Source: Pseudomonadota bacterium (lineage in GTDB: Bacteria > Pseudomonadota > Alphaproteobacteria > MPNO01 > UBA830). From it: a stretch of DNA of 64,000 bases. Both the position numbers and the translations under genes were made by a program. The stretch covers positions 8,273-72,272 of the forward strand of contig JAYZFO010000020.1 in NCBI GenBank assembly GCA_036336685.1, in the 5' to 3' direction. The notes beneath the pieces are model-generated. The model saw only the letters and a list, made by a program, of their open reading frames with translations, had not been told where the DNA came from and made no database searches. Of this stretch, positions 1-9,365 are shown piece by piece. Positions within the stretch are counted from its first letter, which is position 1. Each line of letters opens with the position of its first letter.

Positions 1-1
1 A

Positions 2-280
2 GAGGGAGAACACGAAAGCCCGTTTATTCCAAACGATAGCTTACAGGGGACAACGGCTGGAAATGCCCCGGGCGATGATCGAATGTACGACCAAGCCGTA
101 GCAATAATTTGCCAAGAGCAAAAGGCTTCTACGAGCTTTGTCCAGCGTCAACTGCAGATAGGATATAATAGAGCCGCCCGCATTGTTGAAAGAATGGAAG
201 CAGAAGGCGTAATAAGCAAGCCTAATCACGCTGGCAAACGAGAAGTGCTTGCACGAAACATTGTTGACGCCAAAGAGTAG
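2..280 (+). CDS. ftsK: DNA translocase FtsK, C-terminal end only (5' part outside window)
   Basis: Frame 2 is open from the window edge. The tail ...YDQAVAIICQEQKASTSFVQRQLQIGYNRAARIVERMEAEGVIS matches the FtsK gamma winged-helix domain. lolA follows, a common ftsK-lolA pairing. Confidence 0.85.
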   Translation, partial: EGEHESPFIPNDSLQGTTAGNAPGDDRMYDQAVAIICQEQKASTSFVQRQLQIGYNRAARIVERMEAEGVISKPNHAGKREVLARNIVDAKE

Positions 281-363
281 GTATTGAATTAGTGACCTAC
301 CTACCAATATTCCATGATTTAAATCTAAAACTAGAGCCATTGGCCTCCACGTATTAAAACCAA

Positions 364-987
364 ATGAGGTGTTTTCTTCGTCTTCCCATTGTTATACTGC
401 TCGTTTGCGTTTTCGCTCCACTGAGCGAGGCAGCCACCAAATTTACGCCACAAGATCGAACAGATATTCAGCGGATTGAGGCTTATTTAAATAATTTTAA
501 GTCGCTGCGCAGTGATTTTGTCCAAGTCTCCTCGGACCAGTACTCAGAAGGCGTGTTATATATAGAAAGGCCCAATAAACTAAGACTGAAATACACCACT
601 CCATCACACATACAGGTTTATTCTAGCGGATTTTGGCTTACATACGTCGACACGGAACTTGAAGCAATATGGCACGTCCCGATCAAAAGTACGGCAGCGA
701 GCTTATTTGTCCGCGAGAATATAACACTATCCGGTGACATTTTCCTACAGAGGGTGAAGCGAGAACCGGGCGTAATTTCTGTGGTATTACGCCAAACTGA
801 AAATCAGAATTCTGGAAGCTTAGAACTAATCTTTACAGATAACCCGCTTACGCTGCGTAAGTGGAATATTATAGACGGTGACGGGATCTCTACTTCTGTT
901 ACACTTTTATCGGCAGAGTTCGATATTACTATACCGGGTTCGACTTTCACCTATGAGGAAACAGAATATGAGTATCAATCCGAATAG
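364..987 (+). CDS. lolA: Outer-membrane lipoprotein carrier protein LolA-like
   Basis: 207 aa with an N-terminal signal peptide (LLVCVFAPLSEA). The body is LolA-like and the gene sits immediately after ftsK. Confidence 0.7.
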   Translation: MRCFLRLPIVILLVCVFAPLSEAATKFTPQDRTDIQRIEAYLNNFKSLRSDFVQVSSDQYSEGVLYIERPNKLRLKYTTPSHIQVYSSGFWLTYVDTELEAIWHVPIKSTAASLFVRENITLSGDIFLQRVKREPGVISVVLRQTENQNSGSLELIFTDNPLTLRKWNIIDGDGISTSVTLLSAEFDITIPGSTFTYEETEYEYQSE

Positions 988-1044
988 TGTTTCGAATAAC
1001 CCCTCTACGTTGCCGGAAGAGTAGCTTTGTGATAGCCATCTGAC

Positions 1045-1836
1045 ATGAACAATGCTGCCCCAAAACCTTTGGTTGGAATCCCTGCTAGCCAAATCTTTTT
1101 ACCCGCACATTCTCTGGCGCAGCATGGCGTTGGGGAGCGCTATATTCGCGGCGTATCAGAGGGGGCAAGTGCATTGCCAATGATTATACCGGCACTCGCT
1201 GATGATTATAACTATAGCGATTTGGCCGCGCGCTTGGACGGCCTCATGCTAACCGGTGGGCGCGCCAACGTCGAACCCCATCATTATGATGGTGTGCCCT
1301 TTCCAGATGACGAAATTCGCGACCCACCGCGTGACAATACAGTCCTGCCATTAATCCGGGAGTGCGTTGAGCAAGGTGTGCCGGTCTTTGGCTCTTGTCG
1401 CGGCATACAGGAAATTAATGTGGCAATGGGCGGGTCACTACACTATCGGGTACATCAAGTGGATGGCTTCAACGACCACAGAATGCCACGTGAGGGAGAT
1501 ATTGAACATAAGTTTGGTGAACGTCACCTCATAATAATGTCGGAAAATGGCGAATTTACTCGCCTCTGCGGCCAACGTGAGTTGATGGTTAATTCACTTC
1601 ATGCCCAAGCGGTAGATAAAGTTGCACCAAACTTCGAAGTAGAATGCGTATCTATCGATGGGGTAATTGAGGGGATCAGGAACACCCACTCAAAAGCTTT
1701 TTGCGTTGGCGTACAATGGCATGTGGAGTGGCGCTACACTCAAAACGCGCTCTCGTATGCTTTATGGCAAGCTTTTGGCGCCGCTTGTCATGATCGGGCC
1801 GCTGCCAGGGCTACCCGTTCTATCGCGGCGGAATAA
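1045..1836 (+). CDS. Gamma-glutamyl-gamma-aminobutyrate hydrolase family protein (peptidase C26 / class I glutamine amidotransferase-like)
   Basis: Nucleophile-elbow motif GSCRGIQEINVAMGG and C-terminal GVQWHVE (His/Glu of the triad), typical of the PuuD family. Confidence 0.75.
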   Translation: MNNAAPKPLVGIPASQIFLPAHSLAQHGVGERYIRGVSEGASALPMIIPALADDYNYSDLAARLDGLMLTGGRANVEPHHYDGVPFPDDEIRDPPRDNTVLPLIRECVEQGVPVFGSCRGIQEINVAMGGSLHYRVHQVDGFNDHRMPREGDIEHKFGERHLIIMSENGEFTRLCGQRELMVNSLHAQAVDKVAPNFEVECVSIDGVIEGIRNTHSKAFCVGVQWHVEWRYTQNALSYALWQAFGAACHDRAAARATRSIAAE

Positions 1837-1902
1837 ACTACGATACTTTCCCGCCCTCGAACGGGGAGCTACATCAAAATAAAAATCCGGGACCTCACAA
1901 CA

Positions 1903-4257
1903 TTGAATAAAAAAAAGTCTTTCATTCAAGGCACCCCAGAAAGCCCACAGGCCGAGCCCACCACAGACCCAGTGTGCGGAATGACAGTACACCCTTCCGC
2001 GCAGCACAACTGCTTCCTATACGAAAATGTTTTGTATTACTTTTGCAGCGCGCATTGTGCAAGCCGCTTTAAAGAGCAGCCCAAAACTTTTTTATCTCAC
2101 AAGCCGGAATCCGTTAGAACATCCTCGCAACTAAACATGAAATATACCTGCCCCATGCACCCCGAGGTATCGCAGACCGGGCCAGGAAGTTGCCCATATT
2201 GTGGTATGGCACTGGAAGCTGAAGGACTAGATCCTAATTTTGAACCCGACCCCGAGCTCATAAATTTTGTCAAAAGACTTATTGGTGGCGGATTATTAAT
2301 CATACCTCTTCTATTTATAGAAATGGGTTCAATGATAGGAATACCGTTCAAAGAATGGTTGGGCTTTAAAACAGCCGCTTGGATCGGGTTTTTCGTAACA
2401 ACGCCGATTGTTTTCTGGTCTGGTTGGCCGTTTCTAGAACGAGGTTTGCGATCAATCCAAACTCGCCACCTCAATATGTTTACCCTTATTGCATTAGGGG
2501 TATCGGCAGCCTTTTTATACAGCTCAGCTACTATTTTCTTACCAGACAATTTTCCTGATGCCTTTCGAAACTCCGAGGGTAATGTCGAAAATTACTTTGT
2601 AAGTTCAGCCCTGATCATTTTATTTGTACTGCTTGGCCAAATTTTAGAATTGAGGGCTCGAGAAAGAACAAGCAACGCCCTACGGGCATTGTTTGATCTA
2701 ATTTCCAAAACTGCTTTAAAACTAGATGACACCGGACAAGCAAAAGAAGTCGAATTGGAAAAGGTACGAGTGGGGGATCGTCTGCGAGTTTTACCGGGCC
2801 AGAAAATCCCTGTGGACGGGCGCGTCCTCGAGGGCACTTCCCTGGTGGATGAAGCTATGATTACGGGAGAGCCAGTTCCCGTGGATAAATATCCGGGTGA
2901 CGCCGTAACAGGCGCCACCGTTAACCGCTCAAACTCTTTTATAATGGAAGCAACACGAATAGGTCCTGACACGATTCTCTCCCAAATTGTTTCGATGGTT
3001 GTCACAGCCCAACGAACTCAAACCCCAAGTCAAAAAGTTGTTGACCGTGTCGCTACAGTTTTTGTGCCTTTGGTGATCGCAGTTTCGTTAATTTCATTCG
3101 TTAGTTGGACTGTCTGGGGACCGGAACCCGCTTTAATTAATGGGCTATTAATTTCTATTTCTGTCCTGATAATAGCATGTCCGTGCGCACTCGGGCTCGC
3201 GACCCCCATGTCAATCATTACCGCGATGGGCCTTGGTGCTTCTAACGGAGTATTAATAAAAGAAGCCGAGGCATTGGAAAAACTTTCTCACGTGGATACG
3301 CTCGTCATAGATAAGACCGGCACATTAACTACAGGAAAACCCACTGTCGCAGCAATAGACCCGGTTTCTCACCATGATGAAGGTGTAATCCTCCAACTTG
3401 CGGCAAGCCTGGAGCAGGCCGACGAGCACCCCCTGGCTGGCTGCATCATTAGTGCCGCAGTGGAAAAAGGACTAACTCTCACGACGCCCACAAGAACAAA
3501 ACGATATCTTGGAAAGGGCATTTCCGGAATTATCGATGGGACTAACGTTGCGCTGGGCAATAACGCTCTTATGAGTGAGTTGGAGGTCGATGTCTCGGAC
3601 TTGACGCCTGCCGCCGACATACACCGCGAAGAAGGCGAAACAGTAGTGTTTGTGGTTGTAGAAAAATCCGTAGCCGCAATGATTAGGGCCTCAGACCAAA
3701 TTCGACCAGATGCTCTCGAGGCGTTGAACCATTTAAGATCTGACGGGGTTAAAATAGTGATGGCAACCGGGGACAACATTAAGACCGCTCGTGTGGTAGC
3801 AAGCACCCTCGGCATCGCCGAAACTTATGCAGACATGTCACCACGGGACAAACAGTTATTGGTTGCCGAGTTGACAAAAGCCAATCGAAAAGTAGCTATG
3901 GCCGGTGACGGGATAAACGACGCTCCGGCTCTTTCCGCAGCTCATGTGGGTATTGCAATGGGAACTGGCACAAATATCGCCATGGAGAGCGCTGGTATAA
4001 CCCTTGTCAAAGGCAACCTTACCGGGATTGTGCGCGCTCGCGTGCTTGCACGTAAAACGATGCGGAATATTCGTCAAAATCTTCTTTTTGCATTTATATA
4101 TAATATTTTGGGAGTCCCGATCGCAGCAGGTATACTTTACCCGTTCATGGGGATCTTACTTTCTCCAATAATCGCAGCGGGGGCTATGAGTTTATCATCA
4201 GTATCGGTGGTCGGGAATGCTCTCCGTCTTAAATATCTTCAGCTCAACGAAAAGTGA
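1903..4257 (+). CDS. copA: Copper-translocating P1B-type ATPase
   Basis: Carries CPC in a TM helix ([13 protein letters not shown]), [17 protein letters not shown] (FIYNILGVP) and MSLSS motifs. The N-terminus has a TRASH/YHS-like DPVCGM...CSAHC segment and a CPMHPEV...GSCPYCGM Cys-rich module. The only start upstream of these motifs is TTG at 1903. Confidence 0.9.
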   Translation: MNKKKSFIQGTPESPQAEPTTDPVCGMTVHPSAQHNCFLYENVLYYFCSAHCASRFKEQPKTFLSHKPESVRTSSQLNMKYTCPMHPEVSQTGPGSCPYCGMALEAEGLDPNFEPDPELINFVKRLIGGGLLIIPLLFIEMGSMIGIPFKEWLGFKTAAWIGFFVTTPIVFWSGWPFLERGLRSIQTRHLNMFTLIALGVSAAFLYSSATIFLPDNFPDAFRNSEGNVENYFVSSALIILFVLLGQILELRARERTSNALRALFDLISKTALKLDDTGQAKEVELEKVRVGDRLRVLPGQKIPVDGRVLEGTSLVDEAMITGEPVPVDKYPGDAVTGATVNRSNSFIMEATRIGPDTILSQIVSMVVTAQRTQTPSQKVVDRVATVFVPLVIAVSLISFVSWTVWGPEPALINGLLISISVLIIACPCALGLATPMSIITAMGLGASNGVLIKEAEALEKLSHVDTLVIDKTGTLTTGKPTVAAIDPVSHHDEGVILQLAASLEQADEHPLAGCIISAAVEKGLTLTTPTRTKRYLGKGISGIIDGTNVALGNNALMSELEVDVSDLTPAADIHREEGETVVFVVVEKSVAAMIRASDQIRPDALEALNHLRSDGVKIVMATGDNIKTARVVASTLGIAETYADMSPRDKQLLVAELTKANRKVAMAGDGINDAPALSAAHVGIAMGTGTNIAMESAGITLVKGNLTGIVRARVLARKTMRNIRQNLLFAFIYNILGVPIAAGILYPFMGILLSPIIAAGAMSLSSVSVVGNALRLKYLQLNEK

Positions 4258-4310
4258 CGATCCAGGGGTGGCGAACCAACCATTGACAAGATGTTTATTT
4301 AGGAAAAAAA

Positions 4311-5063
4311 ATGGATTTAGGATTGACCGAGAAAATAGTTTGGGTGACGGGAGCTACGGGAGCCATAGGGAGACAAATCGCTACGGTTTTTGCTAGTGAG
4401 GGTGCAAGCGTTATCTTATCGGCGCGAACGGACACCGATCTGACTATGCTTAAAGAAAACATAGAAAAAAATGGTAACACTGCTGTCACATTACCAGTCG
4501 ATGTAACCAAGCCAAAATCAGTAAACAAAATCGCCAAAGAAATCATGGAAACGTTCGGCAGAATTGATGTTTTAGCCACTACCGTAGCGGTGCCCGCGTT
4601 TGGCCCCTTTAGTGATATAGACTCAGATGTTTTTAGGTCGGCTCTCGAGGTTAAGTATCTCGGTTACATTAACTGTTTCCAGGCCGCCCTTCCGTACATG
4701 CTTGAAAACGAAAGCGGTTCTATCGTCGCAATAACCGGGACCGGAGGCAAACAACCAATCAATATCCATTTGCCTGGTGGAAGCGTGAATGCCGCCTTAA
4801 ATCTTGTGCTCAAGGGATTAGCAAATGAATACGGAAAAGCGGGAATACGCGTGAACGCTGTGGCCCCGGGTCCAATAATGTCGGAACGTCAGCAACAGAT
4901 GATTGACGCCGGTATGGGCAATCCAGCCAAGGGTATTCCCTTAAAACGTCTTGGGGAAGCACGAGAAGTCGCGGATGCCGTAGTTTTCCTCGCAAGCCCG
5001 CGTGCAGCGTACATTACAGGTCAAGTTTTATCGATTGACGGGGGCGGTATTAAAGCTTTGTAA
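4311..5063 (+). CDS. Short-chain dehydrogenase/reductase (SDR) fold protein, atypical active-site positions
   Basis: Has the Rossmann motif VTGATGAIGRQ, an SDR-like length of 250 aa, and the C-terminal ITGQVLSIDGG. See finding on the catalytic triad. Confidence 0.75.
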   Translation: MDLGLTEKIVWVTGATGAIGRQIATVFASEGASVILSARTDTDLTMLKENIEKNGNTAVTLPVDVTKPKSVNKIAKEIMETFGRIDVLATTVAVPAFGPFSDIDSDVFRSALEVKYLGYINCFQAALPYMLENESGSIVAITGTGGKQPINIHLPGGSVNAALNLVLKGLANEYGKAGIRVNAVAPGPIMSERQQQMIDAGMGNPAKGIPLKRLGEAREVADAVVFLASPRAAYITGQVLSIDGGGIKAL

Positions 5064-5109
5064 CATTCCACCCCAAACATCCTGTTACGGTTAATTTTCC
5101 CAGATAGTG

Positions 5110-5796
5110 CTATGGTGTTAATCGATACCCGCCTGGCTCCGTTCGAAGAAATTCTGCATTCGAGGGGTCGCGCTCTATTTTTTGTCGGAGACGATATATG
5201 TGTGTTTCCACGGTATGCGTCGTTGCTGTATATTCGTAACCCCACACTTCGGACAATAAAAGCCTGCGCGAAACAAATTTTTCTTTATTTTCAAGTAGGC
5301 AGACTAAAATAGCACTTTCCTTCTCGGTTAAGCGAAATTTTTCATCACCCTTTCCATCAACCATCAAATTTCGACCAGGGAAAAATGTATAGGGACCAAT
5401 ACGAAGTCGTGCCACCGCACCATAATGATCTTTCTGAACAAGCGACCTTATATCATCTAAAAGCACCGTAAAATTAATCGGTTTTCTAAATGACCGATCA
5501 ACCGATATCTTTCCTTCAAGAACAAGGTCTCCTCCGTCATCTTCAGGCACTAATAAGATTATCGGTACTATGGGGTAACAATCTTGCAGTCTTCGCACCC
5601 GCTCAAAACTGTTTGTATCTTGGAATGAAATTCCAACCAGAAATAAATCGGGCAGATAAGAATTAGCCTTGACCAATGCCTGAGGAACACTTGAAACCGC
5701 CTCAAACAAAAATTCGTCTCCTGTTTGAAATTGTTCGCGGAGAGACGAGTGTAAAAACTCATCCGAATCAATCAATAAGAGTTTTTTTTGAATCAA
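5110..5796 (-). CDS. OmpR/PhoB-family winged-helix regulator with a degenerate (pseudo-)receiver domain
   Basis: N-terminal CheY-like fold (KKLLLIDSDEF ... PDLFLVGISF ... FRKP). C-terminal winged helix (LTEKESAILVCLL...VWGYEY...VETHIYRLRQKIE...GGYRL). TTG start with a GGAAG Shine-Dalgarno 6 nt upstream. Confidence 0.8.
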   Translation of the reverse strand: MIQKKLLLIDSDEFLHSSLREQFQTGDEFLFEAVSSVPQALVKANSYLPDLFLVGISFQDTNSFERVRRLQDCYPIVPIILLVPEDDGGDLVLEGKISVDRSFRKPINFTVLLDDIRSLVQKDHYGAVARLRIGPYTFFPGRNLMVDGKGDEKFRLTEKESAILVCLLENKEKFVSRRLLLSEVWGYEYTATTHTVETHIYRLRQKIERDPSNAEFLRTEPGGYRLTP

Positions 5797-5803
5797 AAAC
5801 AGC

Positions 5804-5818
5804 TTCCAGTATCTGGAA
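5804..5818. repeat. Perfect inverted repeat TTCCAG-TAT-CTGGAA overlapping the regulator's ribosome-binding site
   Basis: Read directly from the sequence. The arm CTGGAA (minus strand) contains the GGAAG SD of the 5110-5796 gene. Confidence 0.85.
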
Positions 5819-5997
5819 ATTCGAAAAACAAAGCTAAAACGAGTACCAATCTAATAGCTGGTTAATCAATTACACTAAGGAGGAAACGAAAATTAAATTA
5901 TTACGTCCATTCACACTATAGTTTTAACCTTATAAAGAAATTTATCGAGTAGCGGTATAAAAAGTCTAAAATGCATTGAAAGATTAAGGACAAGGTG

Positions 5998-6519
5998 ATG
6001 CGGCTTCTCATAACTGCCGACGGCACAGCACACTATCGTAATAAGGTCTATGCCGCCACGATCGGTCGCACGGGAATCATCAAGAAAAAAAAAGAGGGCG
6101 ATGGTGCGAGCCCCGCCGGTAATTTCCAGCTTTGCAAAGTCTTTTATCGTGCAGATCGGATTTTACCTCCAATCACGGGTCTCGAATTGGCTAAGATAAA
6201 GAACACCGATGGCTGGTGTGATGCGCCGGAAGACCATAACTATAACAGCCTTGTGGCCTCGCCGTATCACGCCAGTTACGAAGCTTTATACCGAAGCGAT
6301 TCAGCTTATGATATTGTTGTAGAAACTGATTACAACACTGACCCCGTGATCTCTGGAGCGGGAAGTGCAATATTTGTGCACTTAACAAAGGGAGACAAAT
6401 CCCAAAATACTGAGGGATGTATTGCTTTTTCGGAACCGGATCTTAGAGAAATTCTTCGTCTTTGGCAGCCCAACAATGATCGCCTGGTGATAGAGTTTAC
6501 TCACGAGCACCAAAAATAG
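5998..6519 (+). CDS. L,D-transpeptidase catalytic-domain (YkuD-like) family protein
   Basis: C-terminal IFVHLTKGDKSQNTEGCIAF resembles the YkuD His...Gly-Cys catalytic motif. ATG at 5998 is preceded by AAGGA. Confidence 0.55.
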   Translation: MRLLITADGTAHYRNKVYAATIGRTGIIKKKKEGDGASPAGNFQLCKVFYRADRILPPITGLELAKIKNTDGWCDAPEDHNYNSLVASPYHASYEALYRSDSAYDIVVETDYNTDPVISGAGSAIFVHLTKGDKSQNTEGCIAFSEPDLREILRLWQPNNDRLVIEFTHEHQK

Positions 6520-7177
6520 CGGTCCCCACTCGAACTTCCGTCGCCCCGAGACGCACAGCGGTTTTAAAATCTGCCGACATCCCCATACTTAGGCGCGATA
6601 GCCCGTTCCTCTTCGCTATCTCTGACAGGAACGCAAAGTGAAGGGCCGGCGGTTCAGCCTGCGGGGGGATGCACATCAATCCAACAATCGGAAGGCCGTA
6701 GGTTGTCCGACATTCATTTATAAAACTGTCCGCGTGTGCTGGCAAAATACCTGCCTTTTGCGGCTCCTCGCCTGTGTTAACTTGGACAAAAACTTCCGGC
6801 GCCAAATTCTGTTTTTCCATCTCCCTGGAAAGCGACCGTGCGAGCTTTTCTCGATCGAGTGTGTGGATAGCCGTAAATAATCCTACAGCGTCAGATGTCT
6901 TATTGGTTTGCAGCGGTCCGATCAGATGGAGGCCCGCATCGGGATATTCTTCGCGTATTACACTCCATTTTTTTTGGGCCTCCTGGACACGATTTTCGCC
7001 GAAACACCTGTGCCCAGCCGCGCACGCCGCCTGAACCCGGCCCGCCGGCTGCGCTTTCGAAACTGCGATCAATGAAATATCGTCCGCCGCCCTTTCAACT
7101 TCTCTGGCGGCCCCGACAATTAACTGATGGACGTTTTCTAGTCGCTCTTTAATTAACGTTACAACTTCGGCACTCAT
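6497..7177 (-). CDS. yggS: YggS-family pyridoxal-phosphate homeostasis protein
   Basis: LIAVSKAQP (PLP Lys), FGENRVQEA, HLIGPLQTNK and LSMGMSADF motifs. Confidence 0.85.
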   Translation of the reverse strand: MSAEVVTLIKERLENVHQLIVGAAREVERAADDISLIAVSKAQPAGRVQAACAAGHRCFGENRVQEAQKKWSVIREEYPDAGLHLIGPLQTNKTSDAVGLFTAIHTLDREKLARSLSREMEKQNLAPEVFVQVNTGEEPQKAGILPAHADSFINECRTTYGLPIVGLMCIPPQAEPPALHFAFLSEIAKRNGLSRLSMGMSADFKTAVRLGATEVRVGTAIFGARE

Positions 7178-7270
7178 AAAACTCTGTGTTGCTGTTTAAA
7201 ACACTTTTTCATACACGGGCAGTGTGGCATCTGTTCAAATTGTAGGGCAACGCGGAATTCAACTCAAACC

Positions 7271-7304
7271 AGATAAAAAGAGGGCGGCCCTAAAGCCGCC
7301 CTCT
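7271..7304 (-). terminator. Rho-independent terminator downstream of the porin gene
   Basis: 10-bp GC-rich stem AGAGGGCGGC/GCCGCCCTCT (7279-7304) with a 6-nt loop. On the minus strand it is followed by TTTTTATCT. Confidence 0.7.
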
Positions 7305-7328
7305 AATACTCAGTTATTCTATACAGGA

Positions 7329-8441
7329 TTAGAACTTAATTTTAACACCTGTTACGATGGCATAGCCGTCGTTGCTGGTCGAAGTCGCCGCACCTGAGGT
7401 GCCTTCGTCATGATCAGCCATAAAATAAGTTGCATGCCACGTCGCACCCTTACCGAGCGATCGGCTCATGGAAACACCATACGTGCGCGATTCATCATTA
7501 TTGGCACCCGTATTATGGCTGCCATTATTGGTAGAATCGGCCATCACGAACGCAAACCTGCTCGAGCCCATCGTGTATCGGACACCAAACTCATAAGTGT
7601 CTGAACCAGCGGCCCCACCAGTTGCCGAAGCTGTAGCTCTTTCAGCCCGGTCATGCATGGAAAGCGCAACTTCAACGGCGCCAGACTTAACTTTGACACC
7701 GTAGCCAACTTCAAGGGCATCATCCCCCGAGGCGGCTGTTCCTGACTTCGCAGTTGCAAAGCCAATGCCAACTGTCACGCCCATGCCGCCAGCCTTGGTC
7801 GAGTAATTCAACCCGCCGGAAACATGTTCGTGATCCGCAGCCTTGGTAGCCTTGGCGTTGCTGTCTTGCGTGGACATAGCAGCATAACCAATACCAAACT
7901 GCAGGCCGCTGACACGCGGAGACATGTAGGAGACGCCATCGCCGTCACTGGACGTTTCGACGTGGGCGGTACCCTCAGTCTTAACACCAGAAGGTTTGCT
8001 TACCCAGTTCCCAACATTATAGGGAAGTGCGGGGCCAGCGCCCATCAGGAATGAACCCTGCACGCCAGCAGTCAAACGCTTGCCGGCAAGGTCATGTGTT
8101 CCAAGGATAATCTGACCAAAGGAACCGTCGAGTTTGAGCCAGGTTTCGTCAACCGCGTCAGCAGAAATATGCGTTCCGCCTTCAAGCTCCATACGGCCGG
8201 TTACTTTCATTCCATTATTGAGCTTGCCAGACGCAGTAAAATGAATCTCGGAATCGTCTTTTACGTCCCAAGCTATTTCACTGGCTGTTTGCCCGCTGTC
8301 ATAGGCGCTGTCATTCTCGCCAAGACCGATGTGCTTGTCGATAAAACCGCCTATCTTTAGTTTAATCTTAGCTTCCGCCGGTGCACTAAGCGCAAGGCCC
8401 AGTGCAATTGCCGGAACAGTTGTAAGAAGATGTTTTTTCAT
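7329..8441 (-). CDS. Outer-membrane porin (beta-barrel)
   Basis: Start chosen at MKKHLLTTVPAIALGLALSAPAEA (signal peptide). The body has alternating Gly/Ser/Thr/aromatic beta-strand patterns and a terminal ...GVKIKF typical of OM barrels. Confidence 0.7.
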   Translation of the reverse strand: MKKHLLTTVPAIALGLALSAPAEAKIKLKIGGFIDKHIGLGENDSAYDSGQTASEIAWDVKDDSEIHFTASGKLNNGMKVTGRMELEGGTHISADAVDETWLKLDGSFGQIILGTHDLAGKRLTAGVQGSFLMGAGPALPYNVGNWVSKPSGVKTEGTAHVETSSDGDGVSYMSPRVSGLQFGIGYAAMSTQDSNAKATKAADHEHVSGGLNYSTKAGGMGVTVGIGFATAKSGTAASGDDALEVGYGVKVKSGAVEVALSMHDRAERATASATGGAAGSDTYEFGVRYTMGSSRFAFVMADSTNNGSHNTGANNDESRTYGVSMSRSLGKGATWHATYFMADHDEGTSGAATSTSNDGYAIVTGVKIKF

Positions 8442-8580
8442 AATATTTCCTATAGCTTTATATATAAAGTGTGGCGTTGTAAGGTGGGGCACTAACATTA
8501 ACACCACCAAAGCTGTCTTTACCACAACGCCTTTTTAAGTCTCAATGACCCGGGAATACAAGCATTCTCAACGAATCTAA

Positions 8581-8612
8581 GGCATTTTTATCACAAATGT
8601 GACAAAAATGCC
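8581..8612. repeat. 32-nt near-perfect palindrome GGCATTTTTATCACA-AA-TGTGACAAAAATGCC in the divergent porin/lipoprotein intergenic region
   Basis: 15-bp arms with one mismatched pair, read directly from the sequence. Confidence 0.85.
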
Positions 8613-8706
8613 ACATCCGGGGTGTTTAGCTAGCCACTCAGTAGAATATTAATTTGAGTTATTGAATAAAAAATTATAAACGAGGGTAGAAAGGTTTCGA
8701 CCGGTA

Positions 8707-9261
8707 ATGCAATCATCTAAAGTTCTTTTAGCTCTAATTCTCTCCACATTTGGCTTGGTTAGCGCCTGCGGAAACCCCAGCTTTATAAAACCCGAGGATG
8801 ATCCAGATCTCCTGCCGCCCACGGTGGACGGTAGTCCGGCCGTGGAGGGGTCCATATTAGGGGGTAGCGGCGGACTTTCCATGGACGATCTTTTTGGCAC
8901 CAGTAAAAAACGTCGCGGGGAGGGTGGCGGTGGCATAGGTGTTAACGTCTACCTTTGGCGCGCAACTCTCAACACGCTGGCATTTTTACCTCTAAAATCT
9001 GCCGACCCCTTTGGCGGGGTAGTGATTACTGATTGGTATACGCCACCGGGCACACCTAAGGAGCGAGTGAAGCTAAATGTCTATATCCTGGATCGAACGC
9101 TTTCGTCCGACGGCGTAAGAGTTTCGGTTTTTCGGCAAATAAAAACAGCGGGAAATTGGGTTGAAGCGCCGGTGAAAAAAGAAACTGGGGTCAAGCTGGA
9201 AGATCAAATTCTTTTTCGAGCACGACAACTTCGGGTGGCGGCACAGCGATTTGCAAAATAA
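8707..9261 (+). CDS. Conserved lipoprotein (DUF3576-like)
   Basis: Lipobox LVSAC, then a Gly-rich linker. The core VNVYLWRATLNTLAFLPLKSADPFGGVVITDWY recalls DUF3576 proteins found next to leuS in alphaproteobacteria. The family assignment is from memory and not searched. Confidence 0.5.
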   Translation: MQSSKVLLALILSTFGLVSACGNPSFIKPEDDPDLLPPTVDGSPAVEGSILGGSGGLSMDDLFGTSKKRRGEGGGGIGVNVYLWRATLNTLAFLPLKSADPFGGVVITDWYTPPGTPKERVKLNVYILDRTLSSDGVRVSVFRQIKTAGNWVEAPVKKETGVKLEDQILFRARQLRVAAQRFAK

Positions 9262-9365
9262 TATATACTGTGAGTTTCTTGAGAATGAATAGAGAATTGT
9301 TTTATGTTTCACTCAGTAGAACATCCCGATCCCGATATATGTTCATTTGTTAAAAACTACGTTTA

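Noticed and set aside
2097-4077. Series of 60-150-aa minus-strand ORFs inside copA (2097-2549, 2592-3005, 3030-3218, 3369-3815, 3856-4077).
   Set aside because: All are antisense to a full-length P-type ATPase with every signature motif. They are shadow frames.
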